Origin: Octopus sinensis
Taxonomy: Eukaryota
Reading direction: 5' to 3'
Length of the DNA stretch: 64,000 bases
Assembly: GCF_006345805.1 (NCBI RefSeq)
Contig: NC_043019.1
Coordinates: 4,649,360 to 4,713,359 of the forward strand
In this document: positions 24,998 through 37,101 of the stretch, one piece after another
How the letters are laid out: each line of letters opens with the position of its first letter
Position numbering within the stretch: the first letter of the stretch is position 1
Notes under the pieces: generated by a model
What the model saw: the letters and a program-made list of their open reading frames with translations, nothing else
What the model was told of the DNA's origin: nothing
The model's database searches: none
Program-made: the position numbers and the translations under genes

Positions 24998-25917
24998 AAC
25001 GGTAAGGTGGTGGGAAACACATTTCAGGTAAATGGAGAGGACAACCCATGGGTTTCAGAATATGGGTTTCAGAACAGTGGTTCTGCAAGAAGTTACAAAA
25101 CTGCTAAAATCGGCAGTAATTCTTAATTCTCCTGTGCAGATATGTGTGCATAACTCTATTAAATTATTGCACAGGGATTCCTCGAGCCAGTGGAATGTTT
25201 CCTTGGGGTTCCGCTCCAGCAAAAAGTTTGAAAAGCACTGGTCTAGGACAATGGAACAAGGCCAATTGAACGACAATTATTATATGATGCAAGAGAACAA
25301 GTGGCTCAAATGGGTTGATAGGACATAGATTCTTTGGAAAGGCAAAGCTGTGGTGGTGTGAGTTTGAGTTGTGATGACATGATGTGAGAAGGTTGTATAA
25401 GAGGTGCTTTGTGTGCGTGTGTGAGAAGAAGGAGTGTGTGAGGGGAGGTGTTCACCGTATCTACAGGAAAGCAATGACCATATGCTATATCCATCTTCAG
25501 AAGAGAGTACCATATGCTCACTAGAGAGAATGGGTTATCATATGTCTTCCACCATTATTCATTCATTCATGAGAGAGGGGGAGGGAGAGAGAGAGAGAGA
25601 GAGAGGAGAGAAAGAGATTGATAAAGAGAGAAAGAGTGAGAGAAAGAAAGATAGATAGAGACAAAAAGAGATAGAGAGAGAGAGAAAGAGAGATTGATAA
25701 AGAGAGAAGAGTGAGAGAGAGAGAGAAAGAAAGATAGATAGATTGATAGACAAAGAGAGATAGAAAGAGAGAGAAGGAAGAGACAGATAGATAAAGAGAG
25801 AGAGTGAGACAGAGAGAGAGAGAAAGAGAGAGATTGATAAAGAGAGAAAGAGTGAGAGAGAGAGAAAGATAGATAGATAGAGACAGAAAGAGACAGAAGG
25901 AAGACACAGATAGATAA

Positions 25918-25953
<36 letters not shown>

Positions 25954-27879
25954 AGATTGATAAAGAGAGTGAGAGAGAAAGAGAGAGAGTCACGATGCCT
26001 TTATACAGAGTGCAACTTTGAAATAAAAAAACAAACAAACAAACAGAAACTCCTAATTATATTACTAATGAGGAATATTGACAAACTTATATAATAGCAG
26101 CAAAGGAAATGAGCTGACTGATTTTAATTCCCCCCCCCACACCACCCACTCCACCCCACCCCGGCATCAAACTAGAAGAGTCGAATAAATAAGTAAACAA
26201 ACATCTTCATACATAAACAACAACAAGAAAACAAAAACTGGGAGAGAGAAAAAAAAAGCAAAAAAAAAAAGCTTGGAAGTTGTAAAACTGTTATTTCCTG
26301 CATCAATGCTGAAGAGAAAAGAAATAAGAAAAGAAAAAAAACAAAACAAAAAGAAGTGTTTGAGAAAAAAAATTGGAGTGATTCAGATGGGAAGAAATAT
26401 TATACCCTGATGTGAGAAGAGGGTGAGAAGACAGAGTTTGTTTTGGGGGGGATTTTGACTGCTGTCTTGTGAAAAAGACACTTTTCTAAAAAAAATTTAT
26501 TTAGAACCCCCTTCAGTCATAAATGATGACAGGATGCAACTAGAAAGTTCCCCTTCCATGCTCAAGTCTGGGCAAGGTTGTTTATGGAAGACCAACAGTC
26601 ACTCATGCATACCAGCCACACCCTCTCCATGTCATTAAATGTACATAAGGGTAAAGGGTAAAGACCTCCTTTAGTCATGGATGACCCTGGGGTTGCACCT
26701 AGAAAGTTCCCCTCCAAGGCACAAGTCTGGGCAAGGTTGTTTTATGGAAGACCAGCAGTCACCCATGCATACCTATTTCTTTACTACCCACAAGGGGCTA
26801 AACACAGAGGGGACAAACAAGGGCAGACAAACGGATTAAGTCGATTATATTGACCCCAGTGCGTAACTGGTACTTTATTTATCGACCCCGAAAGAATGAA
26901 AGGCAAAGTCGACCTCGGCGGAATTTGAACTCAGAACATAGCGGCAGATGAAATACTGCAAAGCTTTTCGCCCGGCGTGCTAACGTTTCTGTGCATACCA
27001 GCCACACCCTCTCCATGTCGTTAAATGTACATAGGGTAAAGGGTAAAGACCTCCTTTAGTCATGGATGACCCTGGGATTGCACCTAGAAAGTTCCCCTCC
27101 AAGCAAGGTTGTTTATGGAAGACTAGCAATCGTCCATGCATACCAGTCACACCCTCTCCACACCACCGATGTTATCCAAGGGAAAGGCAAATGCCGATGC
27201 AACTTGGCACCTGTGACGTCACAGCTCATTTCTACAGCTGAGTGAGCTGGAACAACGTGAAATAAAGTGTCTTGCTCAAGAACACAACACAAGAGTGGAT
27301 AACAGGAGTGGCTGTGTGGTAAGTAGCTTGCTTACCAACCACATGGTTCTGGGTTCATTCCCACTGTGTGGCACCTTAGGCAAGTGTCTTCTACTATAGC
27401 CTCGGGCCGACCAAAGTCTTGTGAGTGGATTTGGTAGACGGAAACTGAAAGAAGCCCATCGTATATATGTATATATATATGTATATATATATGTATGTGT
27501 GTGTATATGTTTGTGTGTCTGTGTTTGTCCTCCCCAACATCGCTTGACAACCGATGCTGGTGTCTTTACATCCCCGGTTCGGCAAAAGGGACCGATAGAA
27601 TAAGTACTAGGCTTACAAAGAATAAGTTCTGGCTGTCGATTTGCTCGACTAAAGGCAGTGCTCCAGCATGGCCGCATTCAAATGACTGAAACAAGTTAAT
27701 GAGTAAATGAGTAATGAGAACCTGGTCCAGAAATCGAACTCGTGACCTCACAAACAGAAATATGGTAACAAAAGGGTTAACATCAACCATTTGGGTAGAC
27801 ACTTCAGAAAATACATTAAACTGTTATATTCATTTTACAATTATATCTCGAGGTCTTAAAATTTTCGTTGGACTTCTGT

Positions 27880-28900
27880 GACCTGGTCACTGACTTAGTT
27901 CCATATTAGCTAGTGAAAATGAGTAATTGCCAAGTCTTTTTGTCGGTTTTTTTTATTAATCTCAAGAGATTTTATTATTTACCGTTTTTTTTTTTTATTT
28001 TTGTTTTGTTTTTGTTGAACTTTTGGAAATATGGGTCTGTAGAATTAGTTGTTTGACCTCCTGTCATGAGTCAGTGTTAGTCACTTTTAGGTTATTGTCT
28101 TGTCGGCTTTTGGTTTGCGTTTTGTACTTGGCAGCAGCAACTAATTTTCAAGATCTGTATTGGAATTGTGTCAGTGACAAAAGTTACAGTGATGTGACCA
28201 GACTTTTAACACTTCAAAGAAACGAAAAGTGAAAATTGGTTTTTCTGTGTTAAGTGACTGAAATGGTTTTTCCACAACATAATTCCTTCATTTTGGGATT
28301 TGGTTTGCAAGATTCTTTATATAAGTTCCTGTGTTGAAGCGTATTCTATTGTGTCTGGGGAGAGTCATTTTCGTTTTGTGTCTTATAATTTAACACACTC
28401 ACCGGTAAAATTTCCACTTATTTCTTATTTTTATTGTCCTAAAATTTTCGTTGCATCTTGCAACCTTTTCAGTAGACCTGACTATTTTCAAAACTATTGA
28501 AAATGTTGCAAGATGCAATGAAAATTTTAGGACAATAAAAATAAGAAATAAGTGGAAATTTTACCGGTGAGTGCGTTAAATTATAAGGCACAAAAGGAAA
28601 ATGACTCTCCCCAGACACAACAGAATAATTCTTTCAATTTCAACAGATTATATCAGATCAGTCATTAGTCAAATAAATACAAAACATTAAAAAACCAATG
28701 AGGTTTTCAACCTAATAGTGACCAACACTGACCCGTGTCAAGAGGTTAAACTGCAATACAATCAACTCATTATTTCTAAAAGTTCAACAAACACACAACA
28801 AAAACTGACAAAACAATAAAGAAAAAATTCTTGAGGCCAATAAAAACTTGGCAATTATCCAATTTCATTTGTTGCAGTGCAATCGTCAGTGATCAGGTGT
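27880..28900. mobile_element. ~1-kb foldback element with a well-conserved inner inverted repeat
   Basis: Inner arms about 28344-28470 / 28497-28627 nearly match; outer arms pair more loosely (taattgccaagt/acttggcaatta, ttgttgaactttt/aaaagttcaacaa). Confidence 0.78.
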
Positions 28901-29369
28901 GTCAGGCATATTAGCGAGCTCTCGTTAGAGGGAAAGGTGCCAGGCTATGCATCTTGAAACGGTCATTATATTCTAGTATGTGGGTGTATGTGTGTATGTC
29001 CATTCATCTATTTATTCATGGCTGTCTGGTAAGAAGTTTACTTCCCACCTTGGGCAAGTGTCTTCTACTATAGCCTCAGGCCGACCAAAGCTTGTGAGTG
29101 GATTTGGTAGATGGAAACTGAAAGAAGCCCGTCGTATATATATATATATATATACACATATATACACACTCACATATATATATATATACATATACATATA
29201 TATATACATACATATATATATATATATACATATATATATACATACATATATATATATATATATACATATGTACACACACACATATATATATATACATATA
29301 CATATATATACATATAATATACATATGTACACACACACATATATATATATACATATACAATATATATAC

Positions 29370-29400
<31 letters not shown>

Positions 29401-29480
29401 CATATATACATATATACATATATACATATATATATATATACATATATATAATATATATACATATATATATATACATATGT

Positions 29481-29529
<49 letters not shown>

Positions 29530-30494
29530 TATATAATATATACATATGTACACACATATATATATATATATGACGGGCCGTGTAGTCATCTATATATATA
29601 AGTCGACCGCTAAGCATTTCGCCTGGTGTGCTAACGTTTCTGCCAGCTTGCTGTTTCTTTCAGTTTCTGTCTACTAAATCCACTCATAGGGCTTTAGTTA
29701 TCTTAAGGCTATAGTAGAAGACACTTGCTTATAGTGTCATGCAGCCGGACTGAACCCAGAACCATGTGGTTGGGAAGCAAGCTTCTTACCACACACCCAC
29801 ACCTGAATATCATGAACACTAAACAACAACCATCACAGAATTTCGGTATTTCTAATCCTTGGATGCGGTTTTATTGCCCCGAGTCAGCAACCTGTCAGCA
29901 TATAAAAATGCCAGAACTAATATCCTTATGTACTTAGCTTCACTGTGAAATTAACCCCAATCAGGGCCTTTTTTGGCAGCTTGCAATGCCAATCAAATCA
30001 AATGGTTAACATCTCATCCACAGAAATGAATTTACTGGGTTTCTATGGCGTGTCGGTTCCCCAACTGGACGGGATGCCAGTCCATCGTAGCGTTACTCAT
30101 TTTTGCCAGCTGAGTGGATTGGAGCAACGTGAAATGAAGTGTTTTGCTCAAGAACACAACGCGTCACCCGGTCAGGAATTGAAACCACAATCTTACGATC
30201 ATGATGCTGACAACCTGACCACTAAGCCACGTGCTTCCACATGGCTCATGGGACCAGTTTCCCAGTTTCAATGAATTTACTTCTTCCCAAGATGTTGAGT
30301 ATTTGTTCTATAGTTTGTAGAATGGTATTCTGCAGTAATCATCACTATTTAATGTCCATTTTCCATGCTGATATGGGTTGGACACTTTAATAAGAGCCAG
30401 CAAGGGCAGGAGCTGTACCAGGTTCCATGGTCTGTTTACGCTGGATGCTCTTCCTAACACCAACCACTTTACAAATTGTATGGGGGGCTTTTTA

Positions 30495-31440
30495 TCACCT
30501 GTGCTTTTTATATGGCACCATCACCTGTGCTTTTTACGTGGCACCATCACCTGTGCTTTTACATGGCACCATCACCTGTGCTTTTTATGTGACACCATCA
30601 CCTGTGCATTTTACGTGGCACCATCACCTGTGCATTTTACGTGGCACCATCACCTGTGCTTTTTATATGGCACCATCACCTGTGCTTTTTATGTGGCACC
30701 ATCACCTGTACTTTTTACATGGCACCATCACCTGTACTTTTTACATGGCTCCATCACCTGTACTTTTTATGTGGCACCCATCACCTGTACTTTTTATGTG
30801 GCACCATCACCTGTACTTTTTACATGGCTCCATCACCTGTACTTTTTATGTGGCACCATCACCTGTACTTTTTACATGGCACCATCACCTGTACTTTTTA
30901 CATGGCTCCATCACCTGTACTTTTTATGTGGCACCCATCACCTGTACTTTTTACGTGGCACCCATCACCTGTACTTTTTACGTGGCACCATCACCTGTGC
31001 TTTTACATGGCACCATCACCTGTGCTTTTTATGTGACACCATCACCTGTGCATTTTACGTGGCACCATCACCTGTGCTTTTTATATGGCACCATCACCTG
31101 TGCTTTTTATGTGGCACCATCACCTGTACTTTTTACATGGCACCATCACCTGTACTTTTTACATGGCACCATCACCTGTACTTTTTATGTGGCACCATCA
31201 CCTGTGCTTTTTATGTGGCACCATCACCTGTGCTCTTTACATGGCACCATCACCTATACTTTTTACATAGCACCATCACCTGTACTTTTTACATGGCTCC
31301 ATCACCTGTACTTTTTATGTGGCACCCATCACCTGTACTTTTTACGTGGCACCATCACCTGTACTTTTTATGTGGCACCATCACCTGCGCTTTTTATGTG
31401 GCACCATCACCTGTGCTTTTTATGTGACACCATCACCAGT
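30495..31440. repeat. 26-bp minisatellite (~36 units) derived from an RTE 3'UTR motif
   Basis: Unit gtggcaccatcacctgt(a/g)cttttta(t/c), continuous with an RTE-type 3' end at 30340-30495. Confidence 0.92.
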
Positions 31441-31517
31441 ACTTTCTAATTATATGCAAAATATATTAAAAAAAAAGAGACAAAAGAAATAACAAATAAA
31501 TAAATAAATATACTTAC

Positions 31518-33600
31518 CCAAGAATTTGGCTTCGGATGGAAGGACAGGTTCAAATGGAGTTGAAGCAAAAGAGTGGAATGGATCCCCATAGGAATTGAAT
31601 TTCTCATAGTTTCGTATTTGTGAAAAGTTATGGTTGAAGGTTTGAGAGGGGAAAGGGGGTTCGACTGGTCCTAACACGTCATCAGTCTCCGGATCAATGT
31701 CCTCCATCTCCAATTTCATCGGAACCACAGTCATGTTGAAAAAACTCGGAGAAGCAGTCTCTTTCGCTGTGGCTGCTGGAATTTGTAATCGTGTCCGAAC
31801 CGTAGCCAGAACCATGGCCATGACTCTGTCAAATGAGCAAAAATATGTCTCCCACAGAAACCGACCCTGACGACGCATTTCTGCAATAATATTGTCCGTG
31901 TATGTACGCAGGAGAAAGTGCAGCTCTGTTATTCGAGGTTTTGGCAATACTATGATGGCCTTTTGCCAGTCTATTAGCTCACTAAATGGTAACTGTACAT
32001 AATTGCCTAAAACCACAGGGATTGAGCCATACTTCAAGGCTTCCAACAGCCTGATATGTATCAAAGGGGTTGATATGAAGGAAGTATTTTTGGGGGCAAT
32101 GATCAAAGTGAAAGTAGACTGCATGATGACTTCGCGGCGGTACAGGTCGCTCTCACACAGTGACCACTCGCCAGCTATTGCGATTCGCTCGGGGGACGTG
32201 CGACAGGAAAACACAAATGAAAAGGGGTCTGTCTTTAAGGACTGAATCCCTTTCAGAGTATCCAGAATAATGGTGTCGAGGTTCTTATTTAGTACTTGCT
32301 CAGATATCAGACTTTTCAGTTGTCGAACTCTGTAACTTTGGTCATTAAAATCACTGTTTGCATTGCTGTTATTATTTACATTACTTTTTACACCATTATT
32401 GTTGTTGTTGTTGTTGCTGTTGTTGTTATTGTTGCTGTTGCTGTTGTTGTTGCTAAGGTTTTCGGTGTCGGCGTTTTGCTGACCGTCGGGGTTCGGCTCA
32501 ATATCTACAATGGTCTTTAAGTGGCTTGCTGGCAGTGGTTTGGAGTCCGGATGTTCCCCAGCGTAGCTGAGCAGATACTTTCTCTGTATCGGAGACATGT
32601 GTGACATGTCTTTCCAGCTGGAAGCACTCAGCCACGACCGAATCACTGGGGGGACGATCATGTTGAAATCACGACGGAATGAGGACGATGTGAAGAATGT
32701 GTTGACTAAGATGGCACGACCGGTATTTACATTGTTAATTAATTCGAGGTCCGACACGCGCTTACTAAGGGACACTAAGATGTGGTTGCGACCATCGCCG
32801 CGCCAGTATGGCAATTTTAGCAACAGCAACTGCAAGGATCTTGCACGCACACCTCGGAGCTCCCCAATGAAAACTATAGAAACACAAGCAGCGTTCGGAT
32901 CGACTGTAAGATAATCCTTTAAAAAACTGGATTGCTGAAGATTTAACAAAAGGTCAAGGTTCATGTGTTTTCCGATTAAAAATTTTTGAGGGTTGTAAAT
33001 ATACACAGGAAATTTCGAAATTAGGGAGCAGCGGGAATAGTCAAAACAATTATGCATCTGGCAAATGCTGGGGTATCTTGGTAAAGGTATGTAGAGACTG
33101 TCTGAAGCATTTGGGCGGATGATTTTGGGGGCAAGCAGCAGGGGAACATTCTGCTTGGTTATTTCTTCCTTTTCGAGTTTTACTTGGGCTATTGTGATTT
33201 TTAGACGTTCTAAATCTCTCTTCAGTTTTTCATGCTCATTCTTCAGTCTTTGAATGTTTGTATTGTAACCTGAGAGTTCTGCTTGCAGGTGCTGGCGCTT
33301 GCTTTCTAACAGTCGCAGTTCGTTGTTGACAGATGCACGAATCTGCTTCAGCTCGCTGACATGCAAGCAAAGGTCAATCTTTTCCAGCTTTTCATTGTCT
33401 TCGCCCAAATGGTTCGGTTTGGAATGTGACTGATCACCCTCACTGCTGACATTGTCACCACTGATTTTAGATAGATAGTAATGGGAAAGGAAAATTAGAA
33501 GTGCGAACACCAGCACCAGGAATGTGATCAAACGAAACAAATTCCGATATGTAACTCGGGCAAAGCAAGCCCTTTGCTTGAGAAGGTCAAGATTCAACAT
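31518..33600 (-). CDS. EXTL3: EXTL3 first (large) coding exon: N-terminal TM anchor, coiled coil, exostosin GT47-like domain
   Basis: ORF MLNLDLL...PSEAKFLG with a hydrophobic segment (LITFLVLVFALLIFLSHYYL), coiled coil, CFDYSRC, WRGDGRNH and LLEALKYGSIPVVL motifs typical of exostosins; PSEAKFLG end matches EXTL3; donor G|GTAAGT at 31517 (2083 nt, phase 1). Confidence 0.97.
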
Positions 33601-33601
33601 A

Positions 33602-33715
33602 TTAGGTAAGAATATGGGAGATCTGGCTATAATGCATCACAAACAGAAGTGGATTTGGGTAACTCGGGGTTAAAAGTTTGAGAGCGATTCTTATGAGATA
33701 CAATGGTAAACGCAT
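33602..33715 (-). promoter_or_regulatory. Candidate uORF (37 aa) ending 1 nt before the EXTL3 start codon
   Basis: ATG at 33715, MRLPLYLIRIALKLLTPSYPNPLLFVMHYSQISHILT*, then TAA-T-ATG. Depends on this region being exonic; candidate acceptor ttgatttcattctag| at 33835-33834. Confidence 0.4.
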
Positions 33716-34496
33716 TGTTTAGGTATGAATAAGACTTAATTTGATACAGCTTTATCTGTGATGCTTTTCCCAACAGGTATATCTCTCTTTCTATTTTCCT
33801 ATTTCAGAGCGTTTGTTGAAAGTAAAACAATGGCTAGAATGAAATCAATGGATGTGACAAACACACATTATTATTATGGTGGTGGAATATAGATCCAGTA
33901 AACTTTCGCATGTTTTCAACGCGGTTAAAAAACGAATGTAAAGTATTTATAATCCATTTAAAACTATCGTTATATAATGCTGAAATTATATACACATTAG
34001 AAAAGATATTCAATAATATATACAGTTCTCGAGTGAAGTGCGATTTGGTTGACTTTAGCATGAAGTATATAAAGTAAAAAAAGATATGAATTAGGAATAA
34101 TTCTTCAATCTTTGGTGTACACAAGAACATTATGGATTCCAAACAGAGAAGAGAAAAAAAATAAAAAATAAAAAAAACTTATTTTAACTGATTAATATAT
34201 AAGATTATTATATATATATGTATATATATATAATATTGGACAGATGAAGTTTTATATGGCTAAGAGGAAAAGAAACCATAAAAATTGTTTAGTATTATAT
34301 TCCCAAGAGGCCTTTAAATACAATATTCAGTCTGTATTTACAGATGATTCCAGCAGACCCTGTATGTTTCATATTAGAGCTTCATGTGATTCTTACACAC
34401 AGGTCCAAATAGCCCAAACTGTTTGCAATTCGTGGCACAAAATAAAAAGTACTCAATATACCAGATAGAGTAAATATATTTTAAGTAGAATTCTTT

Positions 34497-34561
34497 GTTG
34501 ATATGCCATCTGATGAATGCTTCTCCAGTGTGAAACTTGAAGTAATGGGAAAGCTGTCAAC
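34497..34561 (+). ncRNA. Candidate type I hammerhead ribozyme
   Basis: Stem I ccat/atgg extended by gttgata/tgtcaac; core CUGAUGA; stem II augcu/agugu; GAA; stem III ACUU-G-AAGU; cleavage triplet GUA. Confidence 0.6.
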
Positions 34562-36789
34562 TGAAATACCAGTTATATGTGCACGTGTGTGTATGTGAGT
34601 ATATGTATTTGTTATATATTTTCTTTAAATTATTAACCCAAAAATTATTTTCAAATTCCATAAGAAATTGCTGTAATTTTATGTGTCCAGAAAAAAAAAA
34701 AATGATGTGATCGCATTTTAAAACTGGCCCAAAACAGGTATGAAGACGAAATGACCGAAGATGGATTGGTCAGCGAATGGAAAATAAGAACGGTGCAGTT
34801 AGGATACAAGACATAACGAGAAAGACAGAGAGGGAAAGAGAGATAGGGAGAATGAGAGAGGGATCATGAGTCTTTAAAGGAAGTGACTTGACTGGTGAAT
34901 GGATACAACATGAGAAATCTTGATCCCAGTCCGGACTTTGGAATTACTAGTTTTCTAAGACAACTCCTCTTGGGTAAAACCATCAGGGAATTGTTAAACA
35001 TGGTTGGTCCATTAGTCAAAATATTCTTCAGAATTGATTCCATTGCAAGTAAACAGAAGTGGGTGTGATGTTATTGCCAGGTAGAAAATGGTTTGTGAGA
35101 CGCTGGTTATCATTTTGTTTGTAAAGATCTGCCTTGAGATTATTGAAGTTTTCTTTCTTTTAAACTTTGCTGTTAATTTTCTGGAAAAAAAAAAAAGAAA
35201 AAAGAAAAGAAATTAAAGTGGCAAATAAATAAAGAATTCTTTAGGAAAAAATTAAAATTTTCAAAAAGTAAGTAAAAGTAAATTTTTTTTCCATTTTTAT
35301 TCAATTGACTTTTAATGATGATTTAAAAAAAGAAATCCCAAAAGATTTTGGTTTCCTTGTATAGCTACTGAGAGGGTGATGAGAAGGAGATAAGAGATGT
35401 GTGGGGATCTGGGAAGCCAGAAGGCTGCACCAGGCCCCAGTCTAATCTGGCAGTGTTTCTACAGCTGGATGCCCTTCCTAAGGCCAACCACTCCGTGAGT
35501 GTAGTGGGTACTTTTTACGTGCCAGGCGAGGCTGGCAACAGCTACAATCAGATTGGTGCGTTTTACGGGCCACCGGCACAGAAGCCAGTCTATATTATAC
35601 ATTATAATATTGTATAATTCAAAATTTCAATTAGAAATTGGGAAAAAAAGTAAAACAACTTTTTTCTGTCGTGTATCAAGAAAGAATTTGTCATGAAATG
35701 TAGAAATGGTGCTTAATGACGGTTTAATGTGTAACGTGTGACATCATTTACAGCGGAATTCAAGGGCCCTTATCAAACAAGGAAAAGCCAGAGTGAAAGA
35801 GGAACTGACAGTGTAGTGGGAGAAATACTTTTCTGAAGTTCTAAAGGAAATGACAATCAGGAAAAACTCTTAGATGTGAATGATGCTGAGGGAGTAAGAT
35901 AAGTACTTATGCTCAATGGATTCTTTTTTAATGAGTGGCAAGAGTACTTAAATGGTAGGTCAGCTGGTATTAAGACTATATACACTCAGATGCTTCACTT
36001 CAATAAAACAATTAGAGTGTGAAGATAAATGTTAGGGGACAAACAGACCACGAGCAGTTTAAGAGAGCAGGAACAGTTAAGTGTATACAAGTATCTTGAC
36101 CTATTCTCTCGTTAATATAGTCGTTACATACTTTCTATTTAATCTGTGAGGACACATGGCTGAGTGGTTATGATGCTGCACTTGTGACTATGAGGTCGCG
36201 GTTTCAATTCTTGGAGTGGGTGGTGCATTGTGTTCTTGGGCAAAAACACCAGCATCGGTTGTCAAGCGATGTTGGGGGGGACAAACATAGGCACAAACAC
36301 ACATACACATATATATATATATACGATGGGCTTCTTTCAGTTTCCGTCTACCAAATCCACTCACATGGCTTTGGTTGGCCCGAAGCTATAGTAGGAGACA
36401 CTTGCCCAAGGTGCCATGTAGTGGGACTGAACCTACACAGCCACTCCTGCGCCTACAAAGTATATTAAATGTTTTTATAAGTCAACACTGTGTTCTACTG
36501 TGTTAGGAGTGCTATTAAATCACTTGTTAAAGTCATCTCTAAAGATTTCCTAAAGAAATAATTTCTATAGAAAATCTGTAAAGTGTTTTATCAATTGTGA
36601 CATAAAGCTAAACAACATTCCTAACAGTAATTCTAAACCAGGGTCCACATGACCCTTGGGAGTCCGTAAAGCCCTGGGGGTGGGGTCCATATAAGATTTT
36701 GTTTTCAAAATTTACGTGCAATAAATTGTTTATACTTCTACAATACACAAGATATTTGAACGACATTTTTTAATAAGATTCCTAGTAAT

Positions 36790-37101
36790 ATCTTTATATA
36801 TAAAACTGAAGTTGTGTGTGTGTGTGTGTCTGTCTACTCCGATTTAGATTCCTAACTACTCCCACATTTTGCGGTGCAGTTTAACCAAAACCGGGTATCT
36901 TATAGTCGTGATTCATATCGAGCCCTTCTGGGTATTAGCGCGCGTCTACGATGAGTCTATGATTTAAAAAAAAAATTTACCACCATTTTTCCGCATTTTT
37001 AATGATTTTTGCTCGGTTTATATAAGGGAAGTAACTCTCTAAAAATGCTTAAATAGTTATTTCCCTTACAAACCTGAGCAACGCCGGGCGATACTGCTAG
37101 T
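36790..37101 (-). mobile_element. Non-autonomous Helitron/Helentron-like element (Lep1/DINE-1 architecture)
   Basis: Starts ACTAGCAGTATCGCCCGGCGTTGC on minus, has an (AC)/(ACAG) microsatellite near the end and ends ttttatatataaagat. Confidence 0.6.

Noticed and set aside
30378-31449. Three overlapping long repeat ORFs (HHHLCF/APSPVLF)
   Set aside because: Products of the 26-bp minisatellite, whose unit has no stop codon; not a gene.
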